From positions 4,745 to 68,744 of IMG/VR virus record IMGVR_UViG_3300009184_000043: 64,000 nt of DNA; one strand, 5' to 3'. Source of the DNA: a virus. This document shows positions 35,901-45,574 of the stretch, piece by piece (within the stretch, counting starts at the first letter, position 1; the number at the start of each line of letters is the position of its first letter). The notes under the pieces were generated by a model, which was not told the origin of the DNA, made no database searches, and saw nothing but the letters and a program-made list of their open reading frames with translations. The position numbers were made by a program, and so were the translations under genes.

Positions 35901-36310
35901 TCATCCGTAAAAGAGGAGTTGGTGTAGTTATCTACGGTAACCAAACAAGCTACCAAAGAACTAACTCAGCATTTAATAACTTACACGTTAGAGATTTATT
36001 AATCACAGTAGAATCTGCAATTGAAGAGATCTTAGCAAACTACGTTTTCGATTTCAACGAAGATTCAGTAAGACTTGAGATTAAAACTTTAGTAGACAAC
36101 TACTTAACTGGAGTAAGATCAGTAGGAGGTATTTATAACTACTTAACTATTATGGACTCTTCGAACAATACTCCTGCAATCATCGATCAAAATATCGGTA
36201 TCATCGACGTTATTATCGAGCCTGCAAGAGGAATTCATAAGTTTATTAATAGAATGACCGTTACTAGAACAGGTGGTATTGCTTCTGGAGGATTTATCCA
36301 ATTTAGTTAA
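32909..36310 (+). CDS. Tail sheath protein (gp18) with insertion domains
   Basis: SGVYTLE start, GPFNTP, INPI...GNQT...LHVRDLL C-terminal domain. Confidence 0.92.
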   Translation: MAKQVKLDLSQFKASGVYTLEFDASENIIINPQTIRLVVGYSNIGPFNTPVYCPDITTFQAVFGGIDKALEKKGSFFHRSVLTCLGSGPVFALNLRILNNTVDVNGDPDFAAGADVARYRALSVDTEEQNGNNATGGYSDPLTKQDKLVSSYYNKEKFWFPDTNYFLATEDTSGSKPDSRKLFSLVNIGQNPVSVIVRKSLDSPFPLKGFDITAREYFGADNVPSFMNQYDYLSDWFIDVIAISGNWTDYQALANDPVYSAYFTSKGFIKAQIDNFLAQDGINIVTTVTGTLIPNFVDQNGTLRYIQTLINNQAQTTGIFCAVNEEALDDLENNSSVIDLVGHHLVDEIGPDADITTNPKNLNFLSYSQNLFADFTYYKNIAGSTGGTEITDTGVSPSTGFDILPETGTLAEDTLFNATGDAGIPTTLWDTYNASNRDGGAIYIDTLFTNSVNHDAQITTLSSFVTTDNDAPGARWVLGKVTSNLPTPGYLGFYAGDLVKLKVVEAKTITNSTLPVGQRTQIRLRLSHPLVGSTASITYVEPWYETNKSTLDAYQIGSPDYFDNDDVFFSPDIPIGTDSYLAYENSAMYRDWVKGNISDGDIDWKDDTGSLLQYLKFENNVDRDGFNILVCRAYADDTFTTPEVIATWNTTYVSSLPIGTNLTTGLSFNVVSTNGNLSDYVDIITQLAPNIIEMTVAEANSSGIKVGDLLVSTDTQTYDNPLTENLQSRLTRVLEVKTVASASSPGVYTIQVKTERPIQLYPGTTTRVWKFKSVQEFVTSFNFTYLPGAAIKAASVPNGTDVRMNAILDVLYNTNLARTLADTDVITFRYVVDTFDGGIQPNCKYQLTRLAKNRQKCMAICNVPSMQKFSESQDPRFTSAPTATDPAPILQARYIADGGNLSLNPSFTFSLPDEDQGAKFSGFFSPFLTIRDNGKNLNVPPAPYVSNNFIRKFITGEPYSIVAGVKRGIISAGNLVGLEYDFDLQDREYLEPFGINPIIRKRGVGVVIYGNQTSYQRTNSAFNNLHVRDLLITVESAIEEILANYVFDFNEDSVRLEIKTLVDNYLTGVRSVGGIYNYLTIMDSSNNTPAIIDQNIGIIDVIIEPARGIHKFINRMTVTRTGGIASGGFIQFS

Positions 36311-36355
36311 TAAATTTGATGATCAAAAAGAATGTTAAATATATAAAATAAAAAC

Positions 36356-36928
36356 ATGGCAGGATTACCACACTATTCAAGTTCGAAGGCTTCTATTAAC
36401 AAGTTCGAACCAGTTTTCCTCAACCAGTTTGAGGTTACTATAAGTCCACCTACAGGTGTGGCTATTCCGCAAGGAAATCCTGGAAGTAATAATATACTTT
36501 TAGAACAAGTAACTAGAGTTTCTGGATTACAGGTAGATCAAAACCCTGGAGAAATAACACAGCAATATAAATTTGCTAAAAGATATTACGCGGGAGCAGC
36601 TCCTCAAAGAACTGGTTTAGATTGTGATATAGAGTTTGAAGTCAACTTAAATGATGACAATTCAATGTATGTTTTTAAAGTACTTCGTCAGTGGTCAGAT
36701 TTAATTTACAATCCTCTAACAGGTGCAATGGGATTAAAAGCAAACTATGCGGGTAATATCCTAATCAACGTCTTCAATAAACAAGGAGATGTTTATAGAA
36801 AGATTAACCTTAGAGATTGCTTTCCTAGTACACCTATTCCTGAGATGGCTTTAAATTACACTCAAACGTCTATTTACAAATTAAATGTTACTTGGGCAGT
36901 TGATTACTTTGATGACGTATTTATATAA
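36356..36928 (+). CDS. Tail tube protein (gp19-like) 1
   Basis: NQFEV, W, CFP, DYF; directly after sheath. Confidence 0.85.
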   Translation: MAGLPHYSSSKASINKFEPVFLNQFEVTISPPTGVAIPQGNPGSNNILLEQVTRVSGLQVDQNPGEITQQYKFAKRYYAGAAPQRTGLDCDIEFEVNLNDDNSMYVFKVLRQWSDLIYNPLTGAMGLKANYAGNILINVFNKQGDVYRKINLRDCFPSTPIPEMALNYTQTSIYKLNVTWAVDYFDDVFI

Positions 36929-36938
36929 TTAAAAAGAA

Positions 36939-37517
36939 ATGGCAGGATTACCACATTTTAGCTCCTCAAAGGCAGCGGTTCAATTATACGAACCAGTTTA
37001 TCTTAACCAGTTCGAGGTTATTATTCAACCTCCAGTTGGTGTAGGAAATCCGCAAGGAAACGGCGGAAGAACACTACTAGTAGAAAACGTTCTATCAGTA
37101 GCTGGTCTTGCAGTTGATAAAAACCCAGGAATAGCAGAACAAAGATACAAGTTCTCTAAAAGAAGATATGCAGCAGCAGCTGTTGATGATACTGGTGTAA
37201 AAGTTAGAATTGATTTTGAAACTAACTTAGACGATAACAACAGTAACTATGTGTTCAAAACACTTAGACAATGGTCTGACTTAGTTTATAATCCTTTAAC
37301 TGGTGCTACTGGTATAAAATCTACCTATGCTGGAGGAACTTACATACTTGTCTCTATCTTCAATAAACAAGGAGATGTATTTAGAAGAGTTAAATTAGTT
37401 AATTGCTTCCCAGTAGATCAAATTAAAGCAATGGACTTAGATTACACAAACGGAACAACACCTTACAAAATATCACTATCATTTAGAGCAGACTATTTTG
37501 AAGATGTATTCAATTAA
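36939..37517 (+). CDS. Tail tube protein (gp19-like) 2
   Basis: Clear paralog of the previous gene (MAGLPH, LRQWSDL.YNPLTGA). Confidence 0.85.
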   Translation: MAGLPHFSSSKAAVQLYEPVYLNQFEVIIQPPVGVGNPQGNGGRTLLVENVLSVAGLAVDKNPGIAEQRYKFSKRRYAAAAVDDTGVKVRIDFETNLDDNNSNYVFKTLRQWSDLVYNPLTGATGIKSTYAGGTYILVSIFNKQGDVFRRVKLVNCFPVDQIKAMDLDYTNGTTPYKISLSFRADYFEDVFN

Positions 37518-37556
37518 TTCTTAGCATTTCTTAGCATTTTCTTAAAATAAATATAT

Positions 37557-37583
37557 AAATGGAGACCCTGAGTCTCCATTTTT
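37557..37583 (+). terminator. Intrinsic terminator
   Basis: AAATGGAGAC-CCTGA-GTCTCCATTTTT. Confidence 0.8.
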
Positions 37584-37644
37584 TATTTTAATCGATTAGG
37601 AAACTTAACGATAAAAAGTAGTAAAAGAAATATAAGCAAATGAA

Positions 37645-38709
37645 ATGGCTGACAATATAGACGACGAATTATTAAATGAACTTAGCAAAAGGGAAGAAGG
37701 TTCAAAATTTGAGTACGATCAATTACAACAAGAATCTACACCAGATCCGGATGTAGATAATGTAAATATCCCATCTTGGATCCCACAAGATTATCAAAAG
37801 CCTTCAGCGGAGCAATTAATAGAAAAAGCAGATCAAAATAACAATCTTAATCTAGGAAAATCTACTAGAGTTCCAATGGGCATGGAAAGTGAATGGAAGA
37901 ATCTTCCACCAGAATCTTTACCTTCTAAAGGATTTGGGTATCCAGAAGGATTCGAAATTGCTATTAAACCTGCATCTGTTAAAGAGATTAGACATTTTTC
38001 CACAGTAGATGATGACGATAGAATAGATTTAGACGACAAGCTAAATACTATACTATCTAAATGTATGAAGATAAGATGGGACGGTGGATTCCTTGAAAAT
38101 TATGATCTATGGTATGAAGATAGATTTTTCATTATAATGTCTATAAGAGATCTAACATTTATTAAAGGTGAAAATAGAATACTTCTTCCATTAACTAAAA
38201 ATTGTACAAAACCTGATTGTAATATAGCAGATCAGATAGAATTAAAATCTAATCTTCTAGATAGCTTTGTAATAGATCCAGAGCTGCTAAAAAGATATAA
38301 TAAAGATACCTATTCTTTTAGATTTATTCCAAAAGACGGAAGCCCAGAAATGGATCTTTATATTCCTACTGTAGGTGTTACTACTTTATGTAGAAAAATA
38401 CTTTCGGAAAAAAGAAAGAAAGGAAAAAAATTCGATGAGAGCTTCTCAAAGGTTGCAAGTTTTATTATTCCGGATTGGAGAAATCTAGATGAAATTCTTT
38501 ACGATCAATATGAAAGAGCATCTAATGAATGGTCTCCTTTACAATTTTCAATTGCGGATCAGATTAGCGAAAAAATAAATTTTGCAACTAAATCAAGAAT
38601 CTATAGTAAATGTTCTAGCTGTGATGGGGAGGTCACAGCAGAAATATCATTTCCCAGAGGATACAGATCCCTTTTCGTTATTTCAGATATCCTTAGCCAA
38701 TTACTTTGA
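37645..38709 (+). CDS. Baseplate hub/tail assembly chaperone (gp26-like)
   Basis: LPSKG..Y, VKE, DR..I...IR, two Cys pairs; follows the tail tubes. Confidence 0.65.
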   Translation: MADNIDDELLNELSKREEGSKFEYDQLQQESTPDPDVDNVNIPSWIPQDYQKPSAEQLIEKADQNNNLNLGKSTRVPMGMESEWKNLPPESLPSKGFGYPEGFEIAIKPASVKEIRHFSTVDDDDRIDLDDKLNTILSKCMKIRWDGGFLENYDLWYEDRFFIIMSIRDLTFIKGENRILLPLTKNCTKPDCNIADQIELKSNLLDSFVIDPELLKRYNKDTYSFRFIPKDGSPEMDLYIPTVGVTTLCRKILSEKRKKGKKFDESFSKVASFIIPDWRNLDEILYDQYERASNEWSPLQFSIADQISEKINFATKSRIYSKCSSCDGEVTAEISFPRGYRSLFVISDILSQLL

Positions 38710-38887
38710 TATCAAATTTAGATTATGGGAAGAGTTTAAGCTATCAATAGATTCTTTAGAAGCTTTACCTTTCTACGAATATCAAATCTATATAGATAAG
38801 CTAAACGAAAAGATAGAAAGAGATAACAAAAAATCTGAACAAGGAGATTTAGTTGAAGCATTTTCATTTTCAAAGCCAAAAAGTTAA
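38624..38887 (+). CDS. gp51-like baseplate assembly chaperone; may be expressed by frameshift from the previous gene
   Basis: SLANYF...LEALPFYEYQIYIDKL pattern; +1 frame overlap; start uncertain. Confidence 0.55.
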   Translation: MGRSQQKYHFPEDTDPFSLFQISLANYFDIKFRLWEEFKLSIDSLEALPFYEYQIYIDKLNEKIERDNKKSEQGDLVEAFSFSKPKS

Positions 38888-38926
38888 ACTTTTTGGCTTT
38901 TTAGGTATATAAATAAAAAAAACATT

Positions 38927-40585
38927 TTGGCAGGAGAAACAGGATCAGGATTTCCAGTTTTTAAAACTGAAGGCGGTGCTTTTGACAGAGCTAAATTTAA
39001 TGCGGATCTACAGTCTAGCATGGGTGCTAATATAAACCCAGAAACTGCTGATACTTTAAAAGAAGCAAATAGTGTAGGAGATGCAGCAAAGAAATTTTTC
39101 AAAGGTTCTTTTGAACAAAATTTAAAAGCATTAGATCCTGCTTATGATCCTAAAAGTGTATTTTATAGAGAAGCTCGTTCGCCTTCAGGATTATATTCGA
39201 AATCTCTACAGAATCAAATAGACAAAGGTGAAGCAGTAGACGGAAAAGAAATTTTCGAAATGTCTAAGAAATATGCAGAGAAAAAGATTGCTAATGCAGC
39301 AATACTTAAAACTGGTAAAGTTACTGAGATTTTAGAAAATGTTGGATTTGACAGCTTTAAGGATTTTGATGCTTACGAAGACGTAAAAAGCGATTTTGAT
39401 AGTAAGATCAAAGAGGATAAGTTTAAGTTTGATTCAGTATTAGACGGATTTTGGCTTTTATTAAATGATTTTAATAGCAAAGAGTCAATTCCAGCACAAA
39501 CATTACAATATCTAAATAATCCGGAGAATAGTGCAATGCTGTCCGCTATAGCTAAAATTCTAGAATCTGAAGGATTCAATAGCGAAAGCGTTTTAGCTAT
39601 GTCTAAAAAATACGACGAAAGTTTAGCTAAACTTTTAGAAATAGATCAAAAGGGATCTGTTGAAGGTGCTAAAGCTCCAACTGAAGAAAAAAAAGCAGAA
39701 ACCCCTTCCACTACAGCTGCTGAGGAACAAAAGATGGGGGAGAAAAAAGAAGGACCCAAGGGAGAAACTGGAGGAACCCCTGTAGAACCAGCTAAAACAG
39801 AAACTACATCAACTGCAGGAACTACTGGAGGAGCTAATACAGCTACACAAGGAAGCACACAAGAAACTACCCTAAATAAACCAACAGAGGAATCTAAAAA
39901 GGTTGAGGGAGCAGCTGGAGGCAATACACCAGCCACTACAACAGGGCCTGCGTCTGCTGAAGCATCTTCTAAGATTGATAGCTTAATATCAAATCTTTTT
40001 GGAGTAAAATCAGGAGCAGGGGGAACTGGGGGAACTGGAGCAGGTGGAACTGGAGCAGGCGGAACTGGAGCAGGAACAACTGGAGCAGCACAATCTTTAG
40101 AAAGTAAAATATCCTCCACAGCTCCAACAAGTACAGATGTATCTTCAGCGATAGATAAAAATTTAGAATCCCTTGGATTTACTACGAAAGCTTCACCGGG
40201 AGGAACTTCTACTAGCACTGTAGAAAATTTATCAGCTAAGAATGAAACTTCTTCGCAATCTACTGGTATAAAAGAAACAGAAACACAAAAGTTAGGTAGT
40301 GTGACTCCTCCTGCAGAAAATAAACCAGCAGAAGAACCTAAGCCCGCTACTACAACGCCAGTGAGTTCTGAGACAGTAACTAAGGTATCGGCAGAAACGG
40401 CAAGTCTCAATTCCACATCAGGAAACGAACAAAACAAAGGCGAATCTCCAAAAGAAACCGTTAGTTCTACGGGTAATGAAGACTTAAACAAAACAATGGA
40501 AACTATGGTTACGCTACTGACTCAACTAAATAATACTATGCAAGGACCTTTATTAGTAACATCAATGTCAAAAAAAATCGACTAG
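38927..40585 (+). CDS. Low-complexity tail/hub protein in the tape-measure position
   Basis: TTG start; helical N-half, Gly/Thr/Ser-rich C-half. Confidence 0.5.
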   Translation: MAGETGSGFPVFKTEGGAFDRAKFNADLQSSMGANINPETADTLKEANSVGDAAKKFFKGSFEQNLKALDPAYDPKSVFYREARSPSGLYSKSLQNQIDKGEAVDGKEIFEMSKKYAEKKIANAAILKTGKVTEILENVGFDSFKDFDAYEDVKSDFDSKIKEDKFKFDSVLDGFWLLLNDFNSKESIPAQTLQYLNNPENSAMLSAIAKILESEGFNSESVLAMSKKYDESLAKLLEIDQKGSVEGAKAPTEEKKAETPSTTAAEEQKMGEKKEGPKGETGGTPVEPAKTETTSTAGTTGGANTATQGSTQETTLNKPTEESKKVEGAAGGNTPATTTGPASAEASSKIDSLISNLFGVKSGAGGTGGTGAGGTGAGGTGAGTTGAAQSLESKISSTAPTSTDVSSAIDKNLESLGFTTKASPGGTSTSTVENLSAKNETSSQSTGIKETETQKLGSVTPPAENKPAEEPKPATTTPVSSETVTKVSAETASLNSTSGNEQNKGESPKETVSSTGNEDLNKTMETMVTLLTQLNNTMQGPLLVTSMSKKID

Positions 40586-40647
40586 GGGGTTTACTTTTTG
40601 AGAACAATGTAATATATTTGTAAAAAACCAAAACTAAATAAATAAAA

Positions 40648-40920
40648 ATGAGTAAAAATTATGAGATCACTAAGGAGCTAAGGCAGGCTTCATTAGAATT
40701 CCTAAAGGAGTTTGGGAATTATCAAAAATGTCTAGAAATTTTAAGCGATGAAAAAAAATTAGAATTTACCGAGGAAGAAGTTAATGAAATATTGAATCTA
40801 TTGGGCTCATTCAGATTAAGGGATGTATTCAACATCGTAGAAAGATATAAAGTTGAAGTTACACCTTTAAAATCTCAAGCTGATGAGCAATCAGAGCCTA
40901 CCACAGGACAAGCAGAATAA
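40648..40920 (+). CDS. Hypothetical protein
   Basis: 90-aa ORF; TATATTTG box upstream. Confidence 0.6.
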   Translation: MSKNYEITKELRQASLEFLKEFGNYQKCLEILSDEKKLEFTEEEVNEILNLLGSFRLRDVFNIVERYKVEVTPLKSQADEQSEPTTGQAE

Positions 40921-41320
40921 GGTCGATCGTTTATACTTAAAAATGGCTAAGATATGGGCCGAGAATTCTCATTGTAAGAGAAGTCAGGTCGGATGTCTTA
41001 TTGTTAATAATCGACAAATTATATCTGATGGATACAACGGAACACCATCCGGATTTTCCAACAATTGTGAAGATTGTGACAACAACACATTACCCACAGT
41101 ATTACACGCTGAAGCCAATGCTATTACCAAAATAGCTAAAAGTACAAACAGTGCAGAAGGTTCAACACTTTACGTGACTCTCTCCCCATGTTTCGATTGT
41201 GCTAAACTTATAATTCAGGCAGGAATTAAAAGAATAGTATACTCAGAAGTTTATAGAAAAACAGATTCCTTTAAACTTTTTCAAGAAGCAGGTATAGAAA
41301 TAAAACAAATGGAAATTTAA
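40883..41320 (+). CDS. dCMP deaminase
   Basis: GYNG, HAEANA, SPCFDC. Confidence 0.93.
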   Translation: MSNQSLPQDKQNKVDRLYLKMAKIWAENSHCKRSQVGCLIVNNRQIISDGYNGTPSGFSNNCEDCDNNTLPTVLHAEANAITKIAKSTNSAEGSTLYVTLSPCFDCAKLIIQAGIKRIVYSEVYRKTDSFKLFQEAGIEIKQMEI

Positions 41321-41334
41321 AAAAATTAGAAAAA

Positions 41335-41952
41335 ATGGCAGTAAAAAACATTCAGGAATTAGCAGAAAGCTTTATGAGGACGTCCTCAGATAAAGACTTC
41401 GTGGAATTGTATAAAAGAATTAAACCGGGATTATTAAATCATTGTAAATCCATATTAATGGATACAGATGCAGCAGAAGATGCAGTGTCAAATACAATGG
41501 CTAAGATATGGACCAAGATATCACAGTATGATCCACAAAGGGGTAACTTTTCTACATGGGTATACAATATAGCAAGAAACGAATCTTTAGTAATAAAAAA
41601 GAGTGAGGACCGATATATGCCAATCATACAAGAAATAGTTAGAAATAACGATGATGGCGATAATCCAGTACAAAAGGTAAGTCATTATAAGGATAACATA
41701 TACAATTGCGATTATATTAGTAGTGATACTGACGAAATGGAAGATCTATACGAAAATGTGTTAGAAAGAATGAAGGATCTGCCTGACATCTATAAGGATA
41801 TACTCTTTGATAGAGAGATACTAAGAATGAAATACCAAGAAATAGCAGATAAACATGGTATGAAAAAAAGAGCTATTGCTACTAGAATAAGAAGAGCGAG
41901 ATTAAAAGTTAGGGAGATGTTTCCTGGAGTTAATTTAACTTTTAACGATTAA
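41335..41952 (+). CDS. ECF-type sigma-70 factor
   Basis: AEDAVS, FSTWVYNIARN (region 2); YQEIA...IATRIRRAR (region 4). Confidence 0.88.
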   Translation: MAVKNIQELAESFMRTSSDKDFVELYKRIKPGLLNHCKSILMDTDAAEDAVSNTMAKIWTKISQYDPQRGNFSTWVYNIARNESLVIKKSEDRYMPIIQEIVRNNDDGDNPVQKVSHYKDNIYNCDYISSDTDEMEDLYENVLERMKDLPDIYKDILFDREILRMKYQEIADKHGMKKRAIATRIRRARLKVREMFPGVNLTFND

Positions 41953-42000
41953 TCGTTTTGTAACTTTTCCTTCAGTTTAATCTAAAAATAGAAAAGATTT

Positions 42001-42462
42001 ATGAATTATCCTTTCAAAAGAATCGTAATAGATATTAAAAATTATCTTTATATCCGTAGGATCATAAAGAATAACGAGAATAGTATAGAATGGAAAAAGT
42101 TTAAATTAAGAGTGGATTGGGTGGGAAGAATATACACAGTAGTAAATTTACCTCCTGAAGTTATTTATTCCCCCGATACGCCAGAAGAAATTAGACCCGC
42201 TTTTGTAATTGAAGAATCCAAGCCTTTAAATGAATATTTAACAAGCTTAAACCTTCACGAGATTATACTACCCAGTATTAATCCAATACCAGGATCTCTA
42301 TCATATCTATTAACGTATACTCCATATTTCCAAAGACTATCATTAAGATGGGTTATCTATCGAATATTATTAATTCTAGTACTTATTTGGTCCCAAGCAA
42401 AATTTGGATTTTTAGGATGGATAGCATCACAACTAATTAATCTCTATGAATTTATCTTCTGA
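42001..42462 (+). CDS. Hypothetical membrane protein
   Basis: C-terminal hydrophobic segment. Confidence 0.6.
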   Translation: MNYPFKRIVIDIKNYLYIRRIIKNNENSIEWKKFKLRVDWVGRIYTVVNLPPEVIYSPDTPEEIRPAFVIEESKPLNEYLTSLNLHEIILPSINPIPGSLSYLLTYTPYFQRLSLRWVIYRILLILVLIWSQAKFGFLGWIASQLINLYEFIF

Positions 42463-43204
42463 TATAAACATAACAAGACAAGCATACCCTTGGGGTAGAG
42501 CTTACATAATAGAAGGAGCCTCTGAGGCTCCTTTAATTTTACCATCAGTTACTACTATATTAAAGCTAGTAGAAAACAAAAAATACGAAAAGCTTAAGAA
42601 GGAATTCGGCGAGAAAAGATGGGAAAAGATACTACATGATGCTGCAGAAAGAGGAACTGTCATGCACACAATGCTGGAGCTTTTTCTTTTAGAGTGGGCA
42701 AAAGAAAAAGACGTGGACAGATCATTGAAGAAAGCACAGATCTTTGCAATCGAAGAAGCTAGAAGGGAAGGCGGAAAATTCTTAAAATATGTTGAGAAAG
42801 GGAGAAATCTATTCTGGAATTTCTATCATGCTAAGTTCTGGGAAAATATCTCAGAAGTTGTAGACAACGAAGCATTTCTTTATACTACATTCAAAGGAGG
42901 ATGGGCAGGAGCTTGTGACTTTGTTTACAGAGATTTAGAAAGAAACCTAATAGTAGATGATTTTAAATCTTCAACGTCTCCTAAAGATGAAGAAGACATA
43001 TTAAATTACAAATTACAGATAGCTGCTTATATGTTTATGTGTGCGGAAAAATATGGAGAGGTTCCAAAGGTTGGTAAAATAAGGATAGCAAATGAACAGA
43101 CGTCAGATTTGCAAATATTTGAAGTGCACGATTACGAACTAAAAGAATATCTTTCTCAGTTTATTGAATTAGCTCAAAAATTCAGAAAAATGCACTCTAT
43201 CTAG
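42446..43204 (+). CDS. PD-(D/E)xK exonuclease
   Basis: PSVTTIL, RGT.MH, AGACD, DFKSS, LQIAAY. Confidence 0.88.
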   Translation: MNLSSDINITRQAYPWGRAYIIEGASEAPLILPSVTTILKLVENKKYEKLKKEFGEKRWEKILHDAAERGTVMHTMLELFLLEWAKEKDVDRSLKKAQIFAIEEARREGGKFLKYVEKGRNLFWNFYHAKFWENISEVVDNEAFLYTTFKGGWAGACDFVYRDLERNLIVDDFKSSTSPKDEEDILNYKLQIAAYMFMCAEKYGEVPKVGKIRIANEQTSDLQIFEVHDYELKEYLSQFIELAQKFRKMHSI

Positions 43205-43252
43205 GAAACTTCCTACAATTTCTAAGTATAACAAACATAAAAAATATTTAAA

Positions 43253-43762
43253 ATGGCAAAGACTAAATTTAAAGAAACATCACCAGCTATTACAGAGGCG
43301 CAAAACGAAGAAATCCTTGATAAGTTTATCAGTAATGTTGATCAAGAAAAAGTTGCTTCAATCAGAAAAGATCTAGAGGACTTCAAAAAAAGTCTTACTA
43401 ATAAGGAGTATGCAGTTTCAATGGATGCTAAATTATTGAAAAGATTCGACAACTTTATGAACGAAGAAGTGGAATGGAGATCCAAGGAAGCATTGGGTGT
43501 TACTGAAATTCTCAAAAGAATCGAAGCCGTTAAAAAAGAAGGAATTAAGGATGGTGTAGCATATCTAACAAATCTTGAAGTTGAAGCTTCTCACTATTTT
43601 CTTATGAAATGGTCAGGAAAAGGTGCTTCTGAAGTTAAGGATTTTATTTCTTTATGGAAGACATTCGAAGAAACTTTAGCTCTTATCCAACAAGATAACG
43701 CTGTAGTTAAAGACTTAGAGCAACAGTTAGCTGCTGCAGAGCAAGGGGTAGTGATTGAATAA
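43253..43762 (+). CDS. Hypothetical protein
   Basis: 169-aa ORF; GAAAC-N17-TATAAC upstream. Confidence 0.65.
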   Translation: MAKTKFKETSPAITEAQNEEILDKFISNVDQEKVASIRKDLEDFKKSLTNKEYAVSMDAKLLKRFDNFMNEEVEWRSKEALGVTEILKRIEAVKKEGIKDGVAYLTNLEVEASHYFLMKWSGKGASEVKDFISLWKTFEETLALIQQDNAVVKDLEQQLAAAEQGVVIE

Positions 43763-43786
43763 TTAAATTTTACCTACTATAATATT

Positions 43787-43817
43787 AAAGACTGGATTTA
43801 AATCCAGTCTTTTTTTT
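43787..43817 (+). terminator. Intrinsic terminator
   Basis: AAAGACTGGATTTAAATCCAGTCTTTTTTTT. Confidence 0.85.
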
Positions 43818-43835
43818 GTGGATATATACTAGAGT

Positions 43836-44993
43836 ATGAAAAAGAAATTATTTCCCTGGTTGATTGCACTTTCAGCTTTATCTGTTTCTGGATCTGCAGC
43901 TTTTTATTCCGTATCAGGTTTAGGTAAGATGTTTGCAGGAGCTTCTTTGCAGGTAATGGTTCTTGCAGGGAGTCTAGAGTTTGCAAAATTAGTAACAGCT
44001 TCATTGTTGTATCAATATTGGAGCTCAATCAATAAAGGACTCAAGATATATCTTTCTATAGCCACTCTAATTTTGATTTTAATAACGTCTGCTGGGATTT
44101 ACGGGTTCCTTTCATCTGCTTACCAAGAGACTGCTTTTAAAGTTGAAAATCAGGACAAAAACATAGAGATTTTAGATAGAAATATATCAACAATTAAAAC
44201 TGAGATAAACAATTACGAATCACAGGTTAAACAAAAGAATGACCGTGTTTTGCAATTGACTACAATAAGAACAAATTTACAATCAACACAAGATGTTCTG
44301 ATTGAGAAAGGTAAATCTACTAATTCAGTTAGACAACAAATCAAAGATGTTGATTCTGAAATTAAAAGGGTAGATTCTGAAGTTTCTGTTCTTAATGACT
44401 CTATATCATCTAAAAATAATAAGATCTCCTCGATAGAAGGTAACAAACTTCATGTATCATCAGATTCAGATCTTGCTAAGGAAGTCGGACCCCTTAAATA
44501 TATTGCAGAACTGACCGGTAAAAGCTTAGGAGAAGTTGTGAATTGGTACATTATAGTTCTAATGTTAGTTTTTGATCCTCTTGCAATAGCTTTAGTTATT
44601 GCTGCAAACTTTGCATTTGAAAAATTAAAAGATGATGACGGTGACATCGAAAATAAAAAACCAGAAAAAAAATCTAAAGAAGAAAATAAAAAAGAGGAGA
44701 TGAAAGAATTAGTTAAAAAAATATGGGCATTAATACCTAGATTTAGAAGAAAGGTGAAAGAGGAGACACAGGATAAAAATAAAAGTGTCTCTATAACAGA
44801 TTACATCTCGCCACAAAAAGAATCACCAATTATCTCAGTTTCTGATATTATAAAAGAAGAAACTACGGATAATATCCAAGTAGATGGGATTAAAGAGAGC
44901 GAAGAGGATAAATACAATAGGGATATAGAAGAATACAAGAGGAAAAGAAATAAGTTTAGAAATAATCCTGGAGGACAAGGACGATTAAAATGA
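43836..44993 (+). CDS. Membrane protein with long coiled coil
   Basis: Three N-terminal TMs, coiled coil, VGPLKY, FDPLAI. Confidence 0.7.
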   Translation: MKKKLFPWLIALSALSVSGSAAFYSVSGLGKMFAGASLQVMVLAGSLEFAKLVTASLLYQYWSSINKGLKIYLSIATLILILITSAGIYGFLSSAYQETAFKVENQDKNIEILDRNISTIKTEINNYESQVKQKNDRVLQLTTIRTNLQSTQDVLIEKGKSTNSVRQQIKDVDSEIKRVDSEVSVLNDSISSKNNKISSIEGNKLHVSSDSDLAKEVGPLKYIAELTGKSLGEVVNWYIIVLMLVFDPLAIALVIAANFAFEKLKDDDGDIENKKPEKKSKEENKKEEMKELVKKIWALIPRFRRKVKEETQDKNKSVSITDYISPQKESPIISVSDIIKEETTDNIQVDGIKESEEDKYNRDIEEYKRKRNKFRNNPGGQGRLK

Positions 44994-45574
44994 TAAAAAC
45001 AGTTTATACAACAAATCCGGATTATATAAAATTTTTAGATTGTAATCCTGGAGTCTACCGAAGAGTAGCATTCCAATCGTGTAATTTAGATATAAAACAG
45101 GGTTCAAATGTTCTGTCTACTATATCTTTATGTGACTTCAAGCTAGAATCATTAGGTAGTGGGGATCTTGGAGGATGTGGGGGATCATTAAAAAGAAGTG
45201 TAACCTTAAAAGCTTCTTCTAATTATATATTAACAGCTCCTGAAGTAGGACAAGAACAAGGGGAGGTTCAGTTAATTATCATTAAAGTTAAATATGATAG
45301 TAAAATAGAACCTATTGATCGATACTTAACATGGGAATATAAAGGAAATGTTTATCCTATAAATTCAATGATGGCTTTAACTGGTAGAACTGAACCAGGA
45401 ATACCTTGGCACGGGTGGGATTTAAGCTATTATTCTAACAATCCACCCTCACCTGATTTTTCACCACAGATATTTCCTCCAGTTGCTTCACCAGATTTAA
45501 CTTTCGGAGGTATTATGTTTACCAACCCTAATCAGTATTATGATACTGAACTAGAAATATTTGTTTTTAACTAA
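44990..45574 (+). CDS. Hypothetical late protein, paralog A
   Basis: FQSCNL...ISLCD...GWDL...GGIMF. Confidence 0.6.
   Translation: MIKTVYTTNPDYIKFLDCNPGVYRRVAFQSCNLDIKQGSNVLSTISLCDFKLESLGSGDLGGCGGSLKRSVTLKASSNYILTAPEVGQEQGEVQLIIIKVKYDSKIEPIDRYLTWEYKGNVYPINSMMALTGRTEPGIPWHGWDLSYYSNNPPSPDFSPQIFPPVASPDLTFGGIMFTNPNQYYDTELEIFVFN

Noticed and set aside
42446-43204. Cas4 / CRISPR adaptation gene
   Set aside because: No Fe-S cysteine cluster, cas1 or array; it is the common phage PD-(D/E)xK exonuclease.
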